A stretch of DNA of 64,000 bases from Patescibacteria group bacterium (GTDB lineage Bacteria > Patescibacteriota > Patescibacteriia > UBA10025 > JAHIVO01): positions 611,097 to 675,096 of the forward strand of contig JBAZKE010000001.1 of NCBI GenBank assembly GCA_041650915.1. Reading direction: 5' to 3'. The notes beneath the pieces were generated by a model. It was not told the DNA's origin and ran no database searches. It saw only the letters and a list, made by a program, of their open reading frames with translations. This document shows, piece by piece, positions 1 to 10,331 of the stretch (positions are counted from its first letter, which is position 1; the number at the start of each line of letters is the position of its first letter). A program made the translations under genes and the position numbers.

Positions 1-2
1 TC

Positions 3-335
3 GGGAAAACGCTCGGCAATGTGCATTACCAGAATACGATGAATGAAGCCGCTGATAAGGTAAAAAAAGGCATCAGTATCGTAAAAACCCTTGAGGCACA
101 GCCAAAATTATTTCCACCTGTTGTCTCCCAAATGGTGCATATCGGCGAAGAGAGCGGAACGCTCGATACCATTTCCGAAGAAATCGCAAATTTTTATGAA
201 GAAGATGTGGACCAGACGATGCAGGGTCTTTCAACTATCATTGAACCAATCCTTATGCTCGTCATCGGCGGAGTAGTAGCTGTTATCGCACTCGCGGTAC
301 TGATGCCAATGTACGGACTTGTTGAAACAATTTAA
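3..335 (+). CDS. pilC: Type II secretion system F family / type IV pilus platform protein PilC, 3' part (5' end outside window)
   Basis: FPPVVSQMVHIGEESGTLD...IEPILMLVIGGVVAVIALAVLMPMY is the C-terminal T2SSF signature; the frame is open back to the window edge. Confidence 0.93.
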   Translation, partial: GKTLGNVHYQNTMNEAADKVKKGISIVKTLEAQPKLFPPVVSQMVHIGEESGTLDTISEEIANFYEEDVDQTMQGLSTIIEPILMLVIGGVVAVIALAVLMPMYGLVETI

Positions 336-380
336 TACTTAACCGCCTCGACAAATACATTTTATAGTACGCGGTAGTGT

Positions 381-1448
381 ATGCTAAATTTTCTACCATT
401 TAAAAATCATATTGGTCTCGATATTAGTGATTATAAAATCCGCTTTTTTCAGCTCCACCCAAGCCGGAGGCGTGCGTATAGGGTCCATTCATTCGGTGAA
501 ATCAATACGCAGCCAAATACGATCCAGGGGGGAATTATTCGCGATGAGGAGGCCATTACCTCACTGATAGGTGAACTGATTAAAAAACCCCATTATGGAA
601 AACTTGACACTACTTTTACCAACGCTTCGCTCCCTGAGCGTCAAATTTTTATCAAGACAGTCCTCATTCCTACAGTGCCTGCAAATGAATTGAAGGGGGC
701 AGTCACCTGGGCTATTGAACAAAATATTCCGATTCAACTTGAAACTGCAAATTTCGATTGGCAGGTCCTGGGCCCTGCATCTGAAGAACAGGAGGAAAAA
801 CTACGCGTGCTCGTTTCAGTTGCGCCTAAAAATCTTGTTGATTCCTATGCACGTGTTATTTCAGCAGCGGGACTTGAACTTATCAACCTTGAGAATGAAT
901 CAATCGCTATTGCCCGATGTTTAATTGACCAAAAATCGAGTAGTCAGAAACCACTCTTGGTTATTGATGTCGGTAAGAGCAGGACGAATCTTATGATTTC
1001 ATCAAGTTCCAAGATAGAATTCACTTTTACGGTTGACGTAAGCGGCCAGGAAATGACCGACGCAATCGCAAATGGCATTAAAGTTAATATTGATGATGCT
1101 GAAAAAGCAAAAATAATTTTTGGCCTCGATCAGCGCAAAGCCCACGGAAAAGTACGTCAAATAATTAAACCCATAATTGATAGGCTCGTGTTCCAAATCA
1201 AAGATTGCATTGAATACTATAATACTTACTCGGGGACGGATTCCGGCATTAATACGCTCTTGCTTACTGGCAGTGTCAGTAGGATGCTCGGGTTACCGGA
1301 ATATCTCCGGGAGGCCACCGGCCGTACAGTAATTATCGGCGACCCTTGGTGTAACGTTTCGAAGGCAAGGGATAAAAACGTTTCGGCCAACATTGATTAT
1401 CTTTCTTATACGACCGCGATTGGCCTCAGTTTAAAAAAGTTTTATTGA
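381..1448 (+). CDS. pilM: Type IV pilus assembly protein PilM (actin-like)
   Basis: IGLDISD N-terminus, VIDVGKSRT and LLTGSVS motifs, YTTAIGLSLK C-terminus; follows pilC. Confidence 0.92.
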   Translation: MLNFLPFKNHIGLDISDYKIRFFQLHPSRRRAYRVHSFGEINTQPNTIQGGIIRDEEAITSLIGELIKKPHYGKLDTTFTNASLPERQIFIKTVLIPTVPANELKGAVTWAIEQNIPIQLETANFDWQVLGPASEEQEEKLRVLVSVAPKNLVDSYARVISAAGLELINLENESIAIARCLIDQKSSSQKPLLVIDVGKSRTNLMISSSSKIEFTFTVDVSGQEMTDAIANGIKVNIDDAEKAKIIFGLDQRKAHGKVRQIIKPIIDRLVFQIKDCIEYYNTYSGTDSGINTLLLTGSVSRMLGLPEYLREATGRTVIIGDPWCNVSKARDKNVSANIDYLSYTTAIGLSLKKFY

Positions 1449-1462
1449 ACTGTTCTTCAGGC

Positions 1463-2020
1463 ATGATCACGCTTAACTTACTCAGTCCCGAAAGAAAAAA
1501 AACCGTCAAACGGTTGATGATATTTTTTCAATTAAAAAATACGTCATTTTTTATTATTAGCATCGCTCTAATCACGACCACGGTATTTGGTTTTTCTTAC
1601 TTACTACTAAATAATTTTTCCGAATCGCTCATTGATCAAATCAATAAAGAAATTGCTCAGCAAAAAGAGGAAAAACTTATTTCAATCGAGGAAGCAACGA
1701 AAGAACTCAATACCCAACTGAAGAGCGCTCAACAGATTCAAAACGATTATATACAATGGACTACGTTTTTATCAGATTTCAGCGGTAAAGTTATTGATGG
1801 CATTACGCTGACAAACGTTGAATTTATCACGTCAACTAAATCTTTTAAATTAATGGGAATGGCTGATACGCGGGCAACGCTGCTGGAATTTCAAGATGAA
1901 CTTGAAAAATTACCTACATTCAATGAGATTACTTCCCCTGTTTCAAATCTTTCGCAGCCGGAGAATATTCAATTTGAAATAACAGGATTGCTTACCGATG
2001 AAGTATACAAAAAAAATTAG
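1463..2020 (+). CDS. pilN: PilN-like pilus assembly protein
   Basis: MITLNLLSPE matches the PilM-binding INLLP motif; single TM then coiled coil; start moved to ATG 1463. Confidence 0.85.
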   Translation: MITLNLLSPERKKTVKRLMIFFQLKNTSFFIISIALITTTVFGFSYLLLNNFSESLIDQINKEIAQQKEEKLISIEEATKELNTQLKSAQQIQNDYIQWTTFLSDFSGKVIDGITLTNVEFITSTKSFKLMGMADTRATLLEFQDELEKLPTFNEITSPVSNLSQPENIQFEITGLLTDEVYKKN

Positions 2021-2531
2021 CATTTCCTATAAAATTTATATACTGAGTATTATTACTGCAGCAGTAACCGTATGCTTACTATTTTTCATAACTATCCCGT
2101 TCTATACAAAAGTCAGTGAACTGACGGAAAGCATCAACGGAAAGCGCATTCAACTTGCAAGCTTTCAGCAGCAGCGTGAGAATATTGAACAAACACGCAC
2201 TGAATATAATACAATTAAAACAGATATTGAAAGTGTTTCAAAAATTTTTATTAAAGAAGACAATGTTCTCGAGATTATTTCAACGCTTGAAGAAATTGCA
2301 TTAACAAATAATATTATCCAATCCATTTCGATGGGCACGTTTTCAACTGAAGGCATTACACGGCGGCTTGATGTTACATTATCTTTACAAGGTACGTGGA
2401 ATCACATTATCCAATACTTATCATCGATCGAGCGGCTTGATTATTATATTTCCATGTCTGACTTGGCAATTAATACGAACACTGAAGGCACAACAGTCTC
2501 TATTAATGCAAGTTTTTACAGTATACCGTGA
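1998..2531 (+). CDS. pilO: PilO-like pilus assembly protein
   Basis: N-terminal TM, coiled coil, LSLQGTWNHIIQYLSSIERL PilO-type motif; position after pilN. Confidence 0.82.
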   Translation: MKYTKKISISYKIYILSIITAAVTVCLLFFITIPFYTKVSELTESINGKRIQLASFQQQRENIEQTRTEYNTIKTDIESVSKIFIKEDNVLEIISTLEEIALTNNIIQSISMGTFSTEGITRRLDVTLSLQGTWNHIIQYLSSIERLDYYISMSDLAINTNTEGTTVSINASFYSIP

Positions 2532-2815
2532 TGAAAATAAAATTTACTATTAGGTCACTTCCCCGCTTACTCAGTCGGCATATAAATTACGTTATGGTTG
2601 TCATTGTTGTTTTCATCGGGCTCTGGCTGGTTATCTTCAGCTACCGTAACGTTTACCAAACTGTCATTAATCCGCCGCCTATTGATGAGAATACTATTAT
2701 TGCGACACGTCAGAAAGTAGATCTGGTTCTTTTTGAAACTACTATTGATAATATCAATAAGAAAAAACAATCTGCGGAAAACGTCCTTAATTTTGAGGTG
2801 GATCTCTTCAAATAG
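2528..2815 (+). CDS. Small single-TM protein in the pilP position, function unknown
   Basis: Overlaps the pilO stop; one TM; no lipobox cysteine. Confidence 0.6.
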   Translation: MMKIKFTIRSLPRLLSRHINYVMVVIVVFIGLWLVIFSYRNVYQTVINPPPIDENTIIATRQKVDLVLFETTIDNINKKKQSAENVLNFEVDLFK

Positions 2816-2816
2816 C

Positions 2817-2843
2817 TTGACAGACCGGCCGGGATGGTATAAT
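2817..2843 (+). promoter_or_regulatory. Sigma70-type promoter of rpmA
   Basis: TTGACA (2817-2822), 15-bp spacer, TGgTATAAT extended -10 (hexamer 2838-2843). Confidence 0.75.
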
Positions 2844-2877
2844 GTTTTCTTACATATCATTAATCCAATGCACATTC

Positions 2878-3153
2878 ATGGCACACGTTAAAGGTACAGG
2901 CACAACTTCACTCGGCCGTGACAGTAGAGGCCAGCGGCTCGGAGTAAAAATTTATTCAGGAGAAGCTGTAAAATCCGGCAATATCATTGTACGCCAGCGA
3001 GGAACAGGTTTTAGACCAGGGAAAAACGTCAAACTCGCCAATGATGATTCCATCTTTTCGACTGCAAACGGAACGGTTCATTTCGCGAAGCGCAAAGTTA
3101 CGGGATTTGATGGCAAAATGAAGAAGACAACATACGTTAACGTTGTACGATAA
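2878..3153 (+). CDS. rpmA: 50S ribosomal protein L27
   Basis: [24 protein letters not shown]...[10 protein letters not shown]; start at ATG 2878. Confidence 0.97.
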   Translation: MAHVKGTGTTSLGRDSRGQRLGVKIYSGEAVKSGNIIVRQRGTGFRPGKNVKLANDDSIFSTANGTVHFAKRKVTGFDGKMKKTTYVNVVR

Positions 3154-3168
3154 ACAGTCGGTTTTTTA

Positions 3169-3201
3169 AAAAAACGCCATACGCAAATCGTGGCGTTTTT
3201 T
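3169..3201. terminator. Bidirectional intrinsic terminator between convergent rpmA and pyrG
   Basis: AAAAAACGCCAT-loop-GTGGCGTTTTTT hairpin with A/T tracts on both sides. Confidence 0.75.
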
Positions 3202-4900
3202 ATTGTGATGACTTTAATGACGCTCGAATAAATTCAATAAATAACGGGTGTGGGTGGAGTGGCTTTGATTTGTATTCAGGGTGACCTTGCGTTGCAATAA
3301 AAAAAGGATGCATCGACCGGGGCAATTCAATCGCCTCAACGAAAAAATTGTCACCAGAGGTTCCTGAAATGACCAAGCCTTTTTCTTCAAGAATCTCCCG
3401 ATATTTATTATTGAATTCAAAACGATGCCGATGGCGTTCAGAAACCTTGACAGTACCGGTGGCAGTAATTTTTTCCCTCATTTTACGGTTCTCACTCAAC
3501 TGCTCGCCAACACCGTACTTCATGTATATCATTGCCGCATTGGTCTTTTCCTTAAGGTAACAATCATATGCCCCAAGGCGCATTGACGTGCCTTTTCCCT
3601 TGATCGTCTGATATTTGCTCGACATTGGAATGCTATGGATGATAGGATCTTTTGTGTCAGGATCGATTTCTGCTGAGTTTGCACCTTTAATTCCCACAAC
3701 ATTTCGTGCAAACTCAACACACGCGAGCTGCATCCCATAACAAAGCCCGAGGTATGGGATCTTTTTTTCGCGTGCATACCGTATCGTCTGGATTTTACCC
3801 TCTGCCCCCCTGCGCCCCCAGCCGATTGGGACAATGATGCCATCAGGTTTTCCAATTATTTTTGCCCCGTTTTTTTCTATATCTTCAGTATTTTTAACCT
3901 GTAAATCCAATTCAAGGCTGTGGTACCAGCAAGCGTGTTTAATTGCTTCTATGAGCGCTGCATATGTATCTGTAAGGCCATAATCCCCTGTACTGTAGTA
4001 TTTGCCGGCGATCACAATACGAACTTTTTTCTTTTTCGTGGACTTAATTTTTTTTACCAGACGCATCCACTCCCCAAGGTGTGGACGTCGATAGTTGAGT
4101 TTGAAAAATTTTAGAATATTCTTATCAAAATTTTGCTTTGCAAAAAGGAGCGGCAGCTCATAGATTGTCTCCAGGTCACGGGCCATGATGACATTATCCC
4201 CGGTGACGTTACACTTGAGGCCGAGCAGATACCGCCTGCGTTTATCCAGTTCTGCCTCACTCCTTAATACTAAAAATTCAGGCATGATGCCCATGCTCAT
4301 CACCGTTTTAATTGAGAGCTGAGTCGGCATTGTTTTGGGTTCGCCGATATGCTTCGGCAATGGGACATAGCTAACGTGGATGTTAAGCACTTGCCCGGCT
4401 AATTGTGCTTTCATGATTCTACATGCCTCGTAGTAGAGCATATTTTGGTACTCCCCCGCCGTACCTCCAAGTTCGATGATTATAATATCGTTCCCTTCTC
4501 CTGCCTGTTTTATTCTCGTAATAATTTCATCTGATACATGGGGAATCGCTTCAACATCTTCACCGTTATAGCCGAAAGATCTCTCGCGGTCGATAACGGT
4601 CTTATAAATCTGCCCCATGGTAGTAAAGTTTTTATTTCCCATTTCCTGGTTGAGAAAACGTTCGTATGTTCCCAGATCCATATCAGCTTCCAGTCCATCT
4701 TCACATAAAAATGGGTCACCGTGCTCAATCGGATTGATGGTGCCTGAATCTATGTTCAAGTAATTTTCACACTTGATAACGCCAACTTTATACCCCCGAT
4801 TCTGCAGCAACTGCCCGATTGAAGCAGCGACAACCCCTTTACCGAGGCCCGATAGAACCCCTCCAGAGACAAATATGTACTTACATTGTTTTGGACTCAT
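3200..4900 (-). CDS. pyrG: CTP synthase (divergent)
   Basis: [11 protein letters not shown]-loop, [15 protein letters not shown] and HPE glutaminase motifs. Confidence 0.96.
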   Translation of the reverse strand: MSPKQCKYIFVSGGVLSGLGKGVVAASIGQLLQNRGYKVGVIKCENYLNIDSGTINPIEHGDPFLCEDGLEADMDLGTYERFLNQEMGNKNFTTMGQIYKTVIDRERSFGYNGEDVEAIPHVSDEIITRIKQAGEGNDIIIIELGGTAGEYQNMLYYEACRIMKAQLAGQVLNIHVSYVPLPKHIGEPKTMPTQLSIKTVMSMGIMPEFLVLRSEAELDKRRRYLLGLKCNVTGDNVIMARDLETIYELPLLFAKQNFDKNILKFFKLNYRRPHLGEWMRLVKKIKSTKKKKVRIVIAGKYYSTGDYGLTDTYAALIEAIKHACWYHSLELDLQVKNTEDIEKNGAKIIGKPDGIIVPIGWGRRGAEGKIQTIRYAREKKIPYLGLCYGMQLACVEFARNVVGIKGANSAEIDPDTKDPIIHSIPMSSKYQTIKGKGTSMRLGAYDCYLKEKTNAAMIYMKYGVGEQLSENRKMREKITATGTVKVSERHRHRFEFNNKYREILEEKGLVISGTSGDNFFVEAIELPRSMHPFFIATQGHPEYKSKPLHPHPLFIEFIRASLKSSQ

Positions 4901-5340
4901 AGTGCTTTAACGTCTAGAGTAACCAATTTTTTATTTTCTCCAACCATCACCTGAATCTCGTGCAATCCGACCTTTTTTATCGGATTTTTTATTATAATTG
5001 CATCATAGCTCAGCCCTACGCCACTCTGCTCTTTGATTTTTTTAATAATTTGATCATTGGAGAGGCCTGCGAAGAGTGTACCGCCGGTGCTGCATTTCAC
5101 TTTAATAACAACTGTAAGGTCGTCGAGTTTAGCTACTTGCTTTTCTTGTTTCGATTTCTGGGATTTTTTTGCTTCATTATCATGGTGGTGGACCCGTTCT
5201 GCCCGTGCCTTGAGGGCCGGGGTTGCTACGATGGCAAGTTTTCGCGGAAAAAGTAAATTTCGAGCATACCCGTCGGATACCTTCTTTACCTCCCCTCGTT
5301 TTCCAACATTATTAACGTCGGCAAGCAGTATTACTTCCAT
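4897..5340 (-). CDS. rplI: 50S ribosomal protein L9
   Basis: [32 protein letters not shown]. Confidence 0.96.
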   Translation of the reverse strand: MEVILLADVNNVGKRGEVKKVSDGYARNLLFPRKLAIVATPALKARAERVHHHDNEAKKSQKSKQEKQVAKLDDLTVVIKVKCSTGGTLFAGLSNDQIIKKIKEQSGVGLSYDAIIIKNPIKKVGLHEIQVMVGENKKLVTLDVKAL

Positions 5341-5349
5341 ACATACATC

Positions 5350-5619
5350 TTAATGGATAACCTCAAAAGAATCAAACCTTCTGCAGTGAACCAGTATTTT
5401 ATTTTCAACCAATTGTACTTTACTGGCTCCCGGACTTGATAAAATCCACCCGACGAACGTTTCGAGCTGCTTTTTTCCGCCAGATGCGATGATTTCAACG
5501 CTGCCATTGCTACAGTTTTGTACCGAGCCGGTCAATCCTAGGCTTTTTGCTTTTTTCTGCACTGTTGCCCTAAAAAAAACACCCTGAACCCTCCCGTAAA
5601 CGTGTATAAGACTGTTCAT
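5350..5619 (-). CDS. acyP: Acylphosphatase
   Basis: VYGRVQGVFFR and GLTGSVQN..NGSVE motifs, 89 aa. Confidence 0.93.
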   Translation of the reverse strand: MNSLIHVYGRVQGVFFRATVQKKAKSLGLTGSVQNCSNGSVEIIASGGKKQLETFVGWILSSPGASKVQLVENKILVHCRRFDSFEVIH

Positions 5620-6869
5620 TATTGCGCGATTGCCGATTCTAATATAATCTCTTGAGCGGCAAGATACTGAGGATCATAGTCTGCATTATAATCTTCCGGC
5701 GTTAGTGCTACCTCAATATCAGGTAATATACCTGAATCATTAATTGATCTGCCGTTGGGTGTCAGCCAGTACGCTACCGTCAATTTGAGCGAGGAGCCAT
5801 CAGAATACTGCTCGTAATCCTGTACAGTGCCTTTTCCGTACGTTTGTTCACCAACGATGGTGGCCGCATCATAATCTTGCAGTGCCCCTGCAACAATTTC
5901 AGACGCAGATGCGCTCCCTTGATTTACGAGCACGACGGTTGGTATTCCGGCGAGCCGCCCATTAGAACTCGAAACATATTCATCCTTGTTTTCACCAAAT
6001 TGTTCGATCACTATCGTTTTGCCATCTACAAACTCACCCGCGACATCAACCGCACTCATGAGGTATCCTCCGGGATTGTTGCGTAAATCCAAGATAATGC
6101 CTTGAGGGCTCTCGAGCAAAATATCGGTGACCATTGACGAAAAAGTCGAATAAGTGTCTTCATTGAAATGAATAATCTCAATGTATGCGATATCATTTTC
6201 TTTCATCGACCATTGCACGCTTTCAACAGTGATGATATTTCTAATAACTGCAACTTCCCGAACATCAGAATCGCTTGGGCCTTGTATGGTCAGCACCACT
6301 TCAGTCCCTTTCTCGCCCCGGATGAGCGAAATTGCACGGTCAAGACTTAAATCAGCTGTAGAAGTTTCGTCAATTTTAAATATTTTATCTCCAGCACGCA
6401 AACCCGCCTCGAAAGCCGGAGAGCCAGGAAGCGGCGCAATAATGGTCAGCTGATCCTCTTTGATCCCGATCTCAGCGCCGATGCCTTCAAAACTGCCAGT
6501 GAGTTCTTTATTAAATTCTGTTGTTTGGCTCGGATCTAGAAATACCGAATACGGGTCTCCGAGACTTTCTACCATACCTTGAATGGCACCGTAGTAGAGC
6601 TGTTGTTCTGTTGCCGGTCCCCCGGCATATTGATCTTGAATCGCATTCCAAACATTCGTAAATAAATCAGTGTTGATGGCATCATCGGTAATTAAAGAAT
6701 TTGCATCTGAAATGATATCCGATACGTTCGAGCTGGTCTCGCTATGAATCGACTGCAAGATGCCGAGATAAAAACCGCTTACTAAACTAATAATGATAAA
6801 GAGAACGAAGGTGGCTGCAATCAAAAATTTTGTTGCTGAATTTGAAGATTTTATTTTATCGTTATGCAT
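5619..6869 (-). CDS. ctpA: S41 carboxy-terminal processing protease (TM, PDZ, peptidase)
   Basis: GIGA PDZ motif, LDLRNNPGG, SASASEIVAGALQD, TYGKGTVQ. Confidence 0.93.
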   Translation of the reverse strand: MHNDKIKSSNSATKFLIAATFVLFIIISLVSGFYLGILQSIHSETSSNVSDIISDANSLITDDAINTDLFTNVWNAIQDQYAGGPATEQQLYYGAIQGMVESLGDPYSVFLDPSQTTEFNKELTGSFEGIGAEIGIKEDQLTIIAPLPGSPAFEAGLRAGDKIFKIDETSTADLSLDRAISLIRGEKGTEVVLTIQGPSDSDVREVAVIRNIITVESVQWSMKENDIAYIEIIHFNEDTYSTFSSMVTDILLESPQGIILDLRNNPGGYLMSAVDVAGEFVDGKTIVIEQFGENKDEYVSSSNGRLAGIPTVVLVNQGSASASEIVAGALQDYDAATIVGEQTYGKGTVQDYEQYSDGSSLKLTVAYWLTPNGRSINDSGILPDIEVALTPEDYNADYDPQYLAAQEIILESAIAQ

Positions 6870-6879
6870 AAGGGCTCTA

Positions 6880-8133
6880 TTACTTTCGTGCTATAATAGC
6901 ACCGAGTTTTTTAAGCTGGGTTTCAATATGCTCATAACCTCGATCAACAATTTCCACTTTTTTAATTATACTCTCGCCTTCAGCCACAAGTGCAGCGATG
7001 ATCAGAGTTGCGCCGGCTCTGATATCGATTGAAGTAATTCTTTTCCCATAGAGCGGCGTTGGACCGTTTATAATTATCGTGTGAGGGTCGACAGGAGTGA
7101 TATCTGCCCCCATTTTTTTTAATTCATCAACATACCCGAGGCGGCCTTCATACATTGTTTCAAAAATTTTACTCGTGCCGCTTGCCTGCGTAAGCAGTAC
7201 AGAAAGAGGCGCTTGAAGATCGGTAGGATATCCAGGAAATGGCCTCGTATCTACACTAATAGGCGTAAACATGGTCGTTGGCTTGATATGGAGCGTAGAC
7301 GTGCCTTCTACTATGAACGAAACATTGGAGGCTTTCAATTTTTGTAGTATAGCGTCCAGGTGAGACGGTTCTACGCCTTTGATTCGGACGTCTCCGCGAC
7401 TTACTGCCGCTGCAATCGCAAATGTTCCAGCCTCAATTCTATCGGGAATAACCCGGTGTTCAGCCCCATGAAGTGAAGAAACTCCCTTGATTGTAAGAAC
7501 GGAGGTGCCCTCTCCCGAAATTTTTGCACCCATCTTCTTTAGTAAACAAGCTAAGTCGACCACCTCGGGTTCAGAAGCAGCCATATGTATCTCAGATGTT
7601 CCACTTGCGCAGACTGACGCCATAAGTATATTTTCCGTTGCCGTTACGCTCATTTCATCCAGAACGATTTTTGCACCATCCAGTTTTTCGGATTTGAAAT
7701 GATAGTAATCCTTCTCTTGATCGACTGTAACTCCAAGCTGACGAAATGCATTGATGTGCGTATCAATAGGACGTGCGCCAATGAGGCAGCCGCCAGGTTG
7801 AGGTATTTTCGCGTGGCCCAGTCGGGCAAGAAGCGGGCCGATGATGACAACTGAACCTCTGAGGTGTTTTACAAGCTGGTAGTCTGGATCGCCAAGAAGT
7901 ACACGAGGGGCTTGAAGCGTTAAACAATGGTTGGAAAATTCAGCCTGTACACCCAAGTGTTCAACAATTTTAATCATGTGCCGGATATCCAGTATGTCAG
8001 GTACATTGGTCAATGTTACACGTTCAGTAGTGAGAAGAGCCGCTGCAATCATCTTCAACGCGGCATTCTTAGCGCCACCGATCGTTATTTCACCTTCCAA
8101 TGATTTTCCTCCTTGAACAATAAGCTGGGACAT
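6880..8133 (-). CDS. murA: UDP-N-acetylglucosamine 1-carboxyvinyltransferase
   Basis: GAKNAAL, PGGCLIGARPID (catalytic Cys), PDRIEAGT, PTDLQ, DIRAG, DRGYE; start at ATG 8133. Confidence 0.97.
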   Translation of the reverse strand: MSQLIVQGGKSLEGEITIGGAKNAALKMIAAALLTTERVTLTNVPDILDIRHMIKIVEHLGVQAEFSNHCLTLQAPRVLLGDPDYQLVKHLRGSVVIIGPLLARLGHAKIPQPGGCLIGARPIDTHINAFRQLGVTVDQEKDYYHFKSEKLDGAKIVLDEMSVTATENILMASVCASGTSEIHMAASEPEVVDLACLLKKMGAKISGEGTSVLTIKGVSSLHGAEHRVIPDRIEAGTFAIAAAVSRGDVRIKGVEPSHLDAILQKLKASNVSFIVEGTSTLHIKPTTMFTPISVDTRPFPGYPTDLQAPLSVLLTQASGTSKIFETMYEGRLGYVDELKKMGADITPVDPHTIIINGPTPLYGKRITSIDIRAGATLIIAALVAEGESIIKKVEIVDRGYEHIETQLKKLGAIIARK

Positions 8134-8175
8134 AAGGTAGTTCAAAAAATACCGGGCTTTGGGAAATCGAATTTA

Positions 8176-8238
8176 ATTATACCAGACTCCCAATTATGAG
8201 CAAACTCAGTAGACAAATTCTTTGCAAATGCCTATAAT
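8176..8238. promoter_or_regulatory. Back-to-back promoters for murA (-) and the PEGA gene (+)
   Basis: Minus: TGgTATAAT (hexamer 8176-8181) with TTGCTC 16 bp upstream. Plus: TAGACA (8210-8215), 17 bp, TATAAT (8233-8238). Confidence 0.65.
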
Positions 8239-8247
8239 ACTTCGTAT

Positions 8248-9534
8248 ATGACTATTAGGCTGAGAAGAATTTTTTTTTCGTTACTGGGCATTTTCTTTGT
8301 TATAACGGCTACTGTATTGGTCTTGTATGCGGCGGGGTGGCGTTATAATTTTACTGAAAGGACAGTTGAACACGTTGGAGGTATCATTATCGATTCAAAT
8401 CCGCGCAAAGCTACTGTATTGATGGATGGCTTGCTGACCGATAATGAAACCCCAGCCACAATCCAAAATCTGCCTCCGGGAGATGTCATGATCAGCCTGC
8501 AAAAAGACGGTTTTTTCTCTTGGAATTTGCCGGTCACGGTCATTTCTTCCCATACTGTGCGTATTCCAACAGTTGAGCTCGTCCAGAACGATTTTCAGTC
8601 AGAGCCGATCATCCGGGAACGGTTTTCTGATGTCGCCCTTTCGGCTGATCGAGGGTTTTTTTCTGCATACAGAGACCGCTTGCTTACCGTGTACTCGCTC
8701 ACTTCAAATGAAGAGGCATATAATACGACCGTTGATCAGCCGATTGTTGGTCTGAGTTGGTCGGCGTACAATCCTGAACTTTTACTCGTACTCGAGAATG
8801 GCTTTACGTATTGGCTCGACCCTACCTCTCCTGACAATGCATTACAGCCGGTCAATGAACTGTTTGATGAAAATTTTTGGTGGATGTCGTGGAGTGTCGA
8901 TGAGAATAGCATCTTGTATGCAACATCAGAAAATGGTCTTTTTCGTCTCAATACATTTCAGCGCACAAAAACTTTAATCAGTGAAATTGATAATGTGATT
9001 GGCGTATCGAGTGAATATATTTTTACGTCAAATGAAAATTCACTTTCGGTTTATTCACTATCGGGAAAATTAATTGATACGCTCGGCATTAAATTAAGCC
9101 CCCAAATTAAACTTTTTTCAAAATACTCCTCATTTATACCGTTACTAGATGAGGCTGACGAAGTGCTCTTCCTTTTTGACACAGAGAATAATACAATGGA
9201 ACGAATGTCAGATAGCATGCGTGGAATACTGTGGGATGATGCATTGGAACACAATCTTTATTTCAATTCAAACGAAATAGTTGATTGGAATGCAAAAAAC
9301 TCCACGAGAGAAATTATCGTACGCTCATCCGAAAATCTTCAGCAGGCTTATTGGATAAAAAATCGGTATTACGTCGCCTATATTCAAGGTAATACTGCAT
9401 ACCTTACAGAAGTTCGTGGCCCAGAACGTAATACCTACAAACTGCCTTATACTAATGTTTCATCAGTAGATTTCGTTGATGACACGCACTTACTCTTACT
9501 TTCTGATGGCCAACCTTTCTTAATCCAGTTGTAG
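8248..9534 (+). CDS. Membrane-anchored PEGA-domain protein with probable beta-propeller C-terminus
   Basis: N-terminal TM + YAAGWRYNF, GGIIIDSNPRKATVLMDG...TPATIQNLPPG...KDGFFSW (PEGA); repeated W-S blade-like motifs. Confidence 0.8.
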   Translation: MTIRLRRIFFSLLGIFFVITATVLVLYAAGWRYNFTERTVEHVGGIIIDSNPRKATVLMDGLLTDNETPATIQNLPPGDVMISLQKDGFFSWNLPVTVISSHTVRIPTVELVQNDFQSEPIIRERFSDVALSADRGFFSAYRDRLLTVYSLTSNEEAYNTTVDQPIVGLSWSAYNPELLLVLENGFTYWLDPTSPDNALQPVNELFDENFWWMSWSVDENSILYATSENGLFRLNTFQRTKTLISEIDNVIGVSSEYIFTSNENSLSVYSLSGKLIDTLGIKLSPQIKLFSKYSSFIPLLDEADEVLFLFDTENNTMERMSDSMRGILWDDALEHNLYFNSNEIVDWNAKNSTREIIVRSSENLQQAYWIKNRYYVAYIQGNTAYLTEVRGPERNTYKLPYTNVSSVDFVDDTHLLLLSDGQPFLIQL

Positions 9535-9573
9535 CGTAAAATCAGCCAACTATTCTTGGCACATTGGCAATAA

Positions 9574-10308
9574 TCAATGTAACTGTTGTTTTTTCTTTTG
9601 CTGTGCGACTAAATTTGATGCCGCGAGCAGTGAATCAAACGATTCCCCTCCATCACCCCACCATCCCTTGAGGATAGAAAATGTCATCGTTCCATCTTTA
9701 ACGTACTTGTTGTTTACGTCCGTAATTTCGAGCTCTCCGCGTTTCGATGGTTTGAGTGTTTTGATATACTTAAAAACTTGGTTGTCATACATGTAAATCC
9801 CAACAACAGCAAGGTTGCTTTCTGGTTTTTTGGGTTTTTCTACAATTTTTTCAATTGTTCGCTTTTTAATGTAAGCGACGCCGAATGAAGATGGATTGTG
9901 CACCTCTTTTAAAAATATTTTTGCCCCGCGTAGCTGTACATCGAAATCCTTGACTGCCTGGACGATATTATCCTGGATGATATTATCTCCCAGAATAACG
10001 ATAACCTTTTCGTTATCCGCAAAATCTTCAGCCAAACCCAGCGCCTGCGCGATACCGCCCGGTTCTTCTTGAACGGCATAGGACAATTTAACGCCCAGAC
10101 TCTTTCCATTTCCTAGCATTTCTAAAAAATGGCCTGCATGCCCCCTTCCGGAAATGAGCAAAATATTATCCACTCCGGCCCGTTTCATCGTTTCGAGCGG
10201 ATAGTAAATCATCGGTTTATCATAAACCGGAAGCAAATGCTTGTTGGTAACTTTAGTAAGCGGGAAGAGCCTTGATCCTGTTCCGCCTGCGAGCACGATG
10301 CCTTTCAT
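9574..10308 (-). CDS. rmlA: Glucose-1-phosphate thymidylyltransferase (short, SpsI-like)
   Basis: GIVLAGGTGSRLFPLT, KHLLPVYDKPMIYYPL, EKP, SKRGELEITD. Confidence 0.92.
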   Translation of the reverse strand: MKGIVLAGGTGSRLFPLTKVTNKHLLPVYDKPMIYYPLETMKRAGVDNILLISGRGHAGHFLEMLGNGKSLGVKLSYAVQEEPGGIAQALGLAEDFADNEKVIVILGDNIIQDNIVQAVKDFDVQLRGAKIFLKEVHNPSSFGVAYIKKRTIEKIVEKPKKPESNLAVVGIYMYDNQVFKYIKTLKPSKRGELEITDVNNKYVKDGTMTFSILKGWWGDGGESFDSLLAASNLVAQQKKKQQLH

Positions 10309-10331
10309 AGAGTGTGATGATTATGAGAAGG

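Noticed and set aside
2842-2877. Apparent N-terminal extension of L27 ([12 protein letters not shown]), reminiscent of the Prp-cleaved extension in Firmicutes
   Set aside because: That ATG overlaps the TATAAT -10 box, the canonical MAH start follows at 2878, and no prp gene is adjacent
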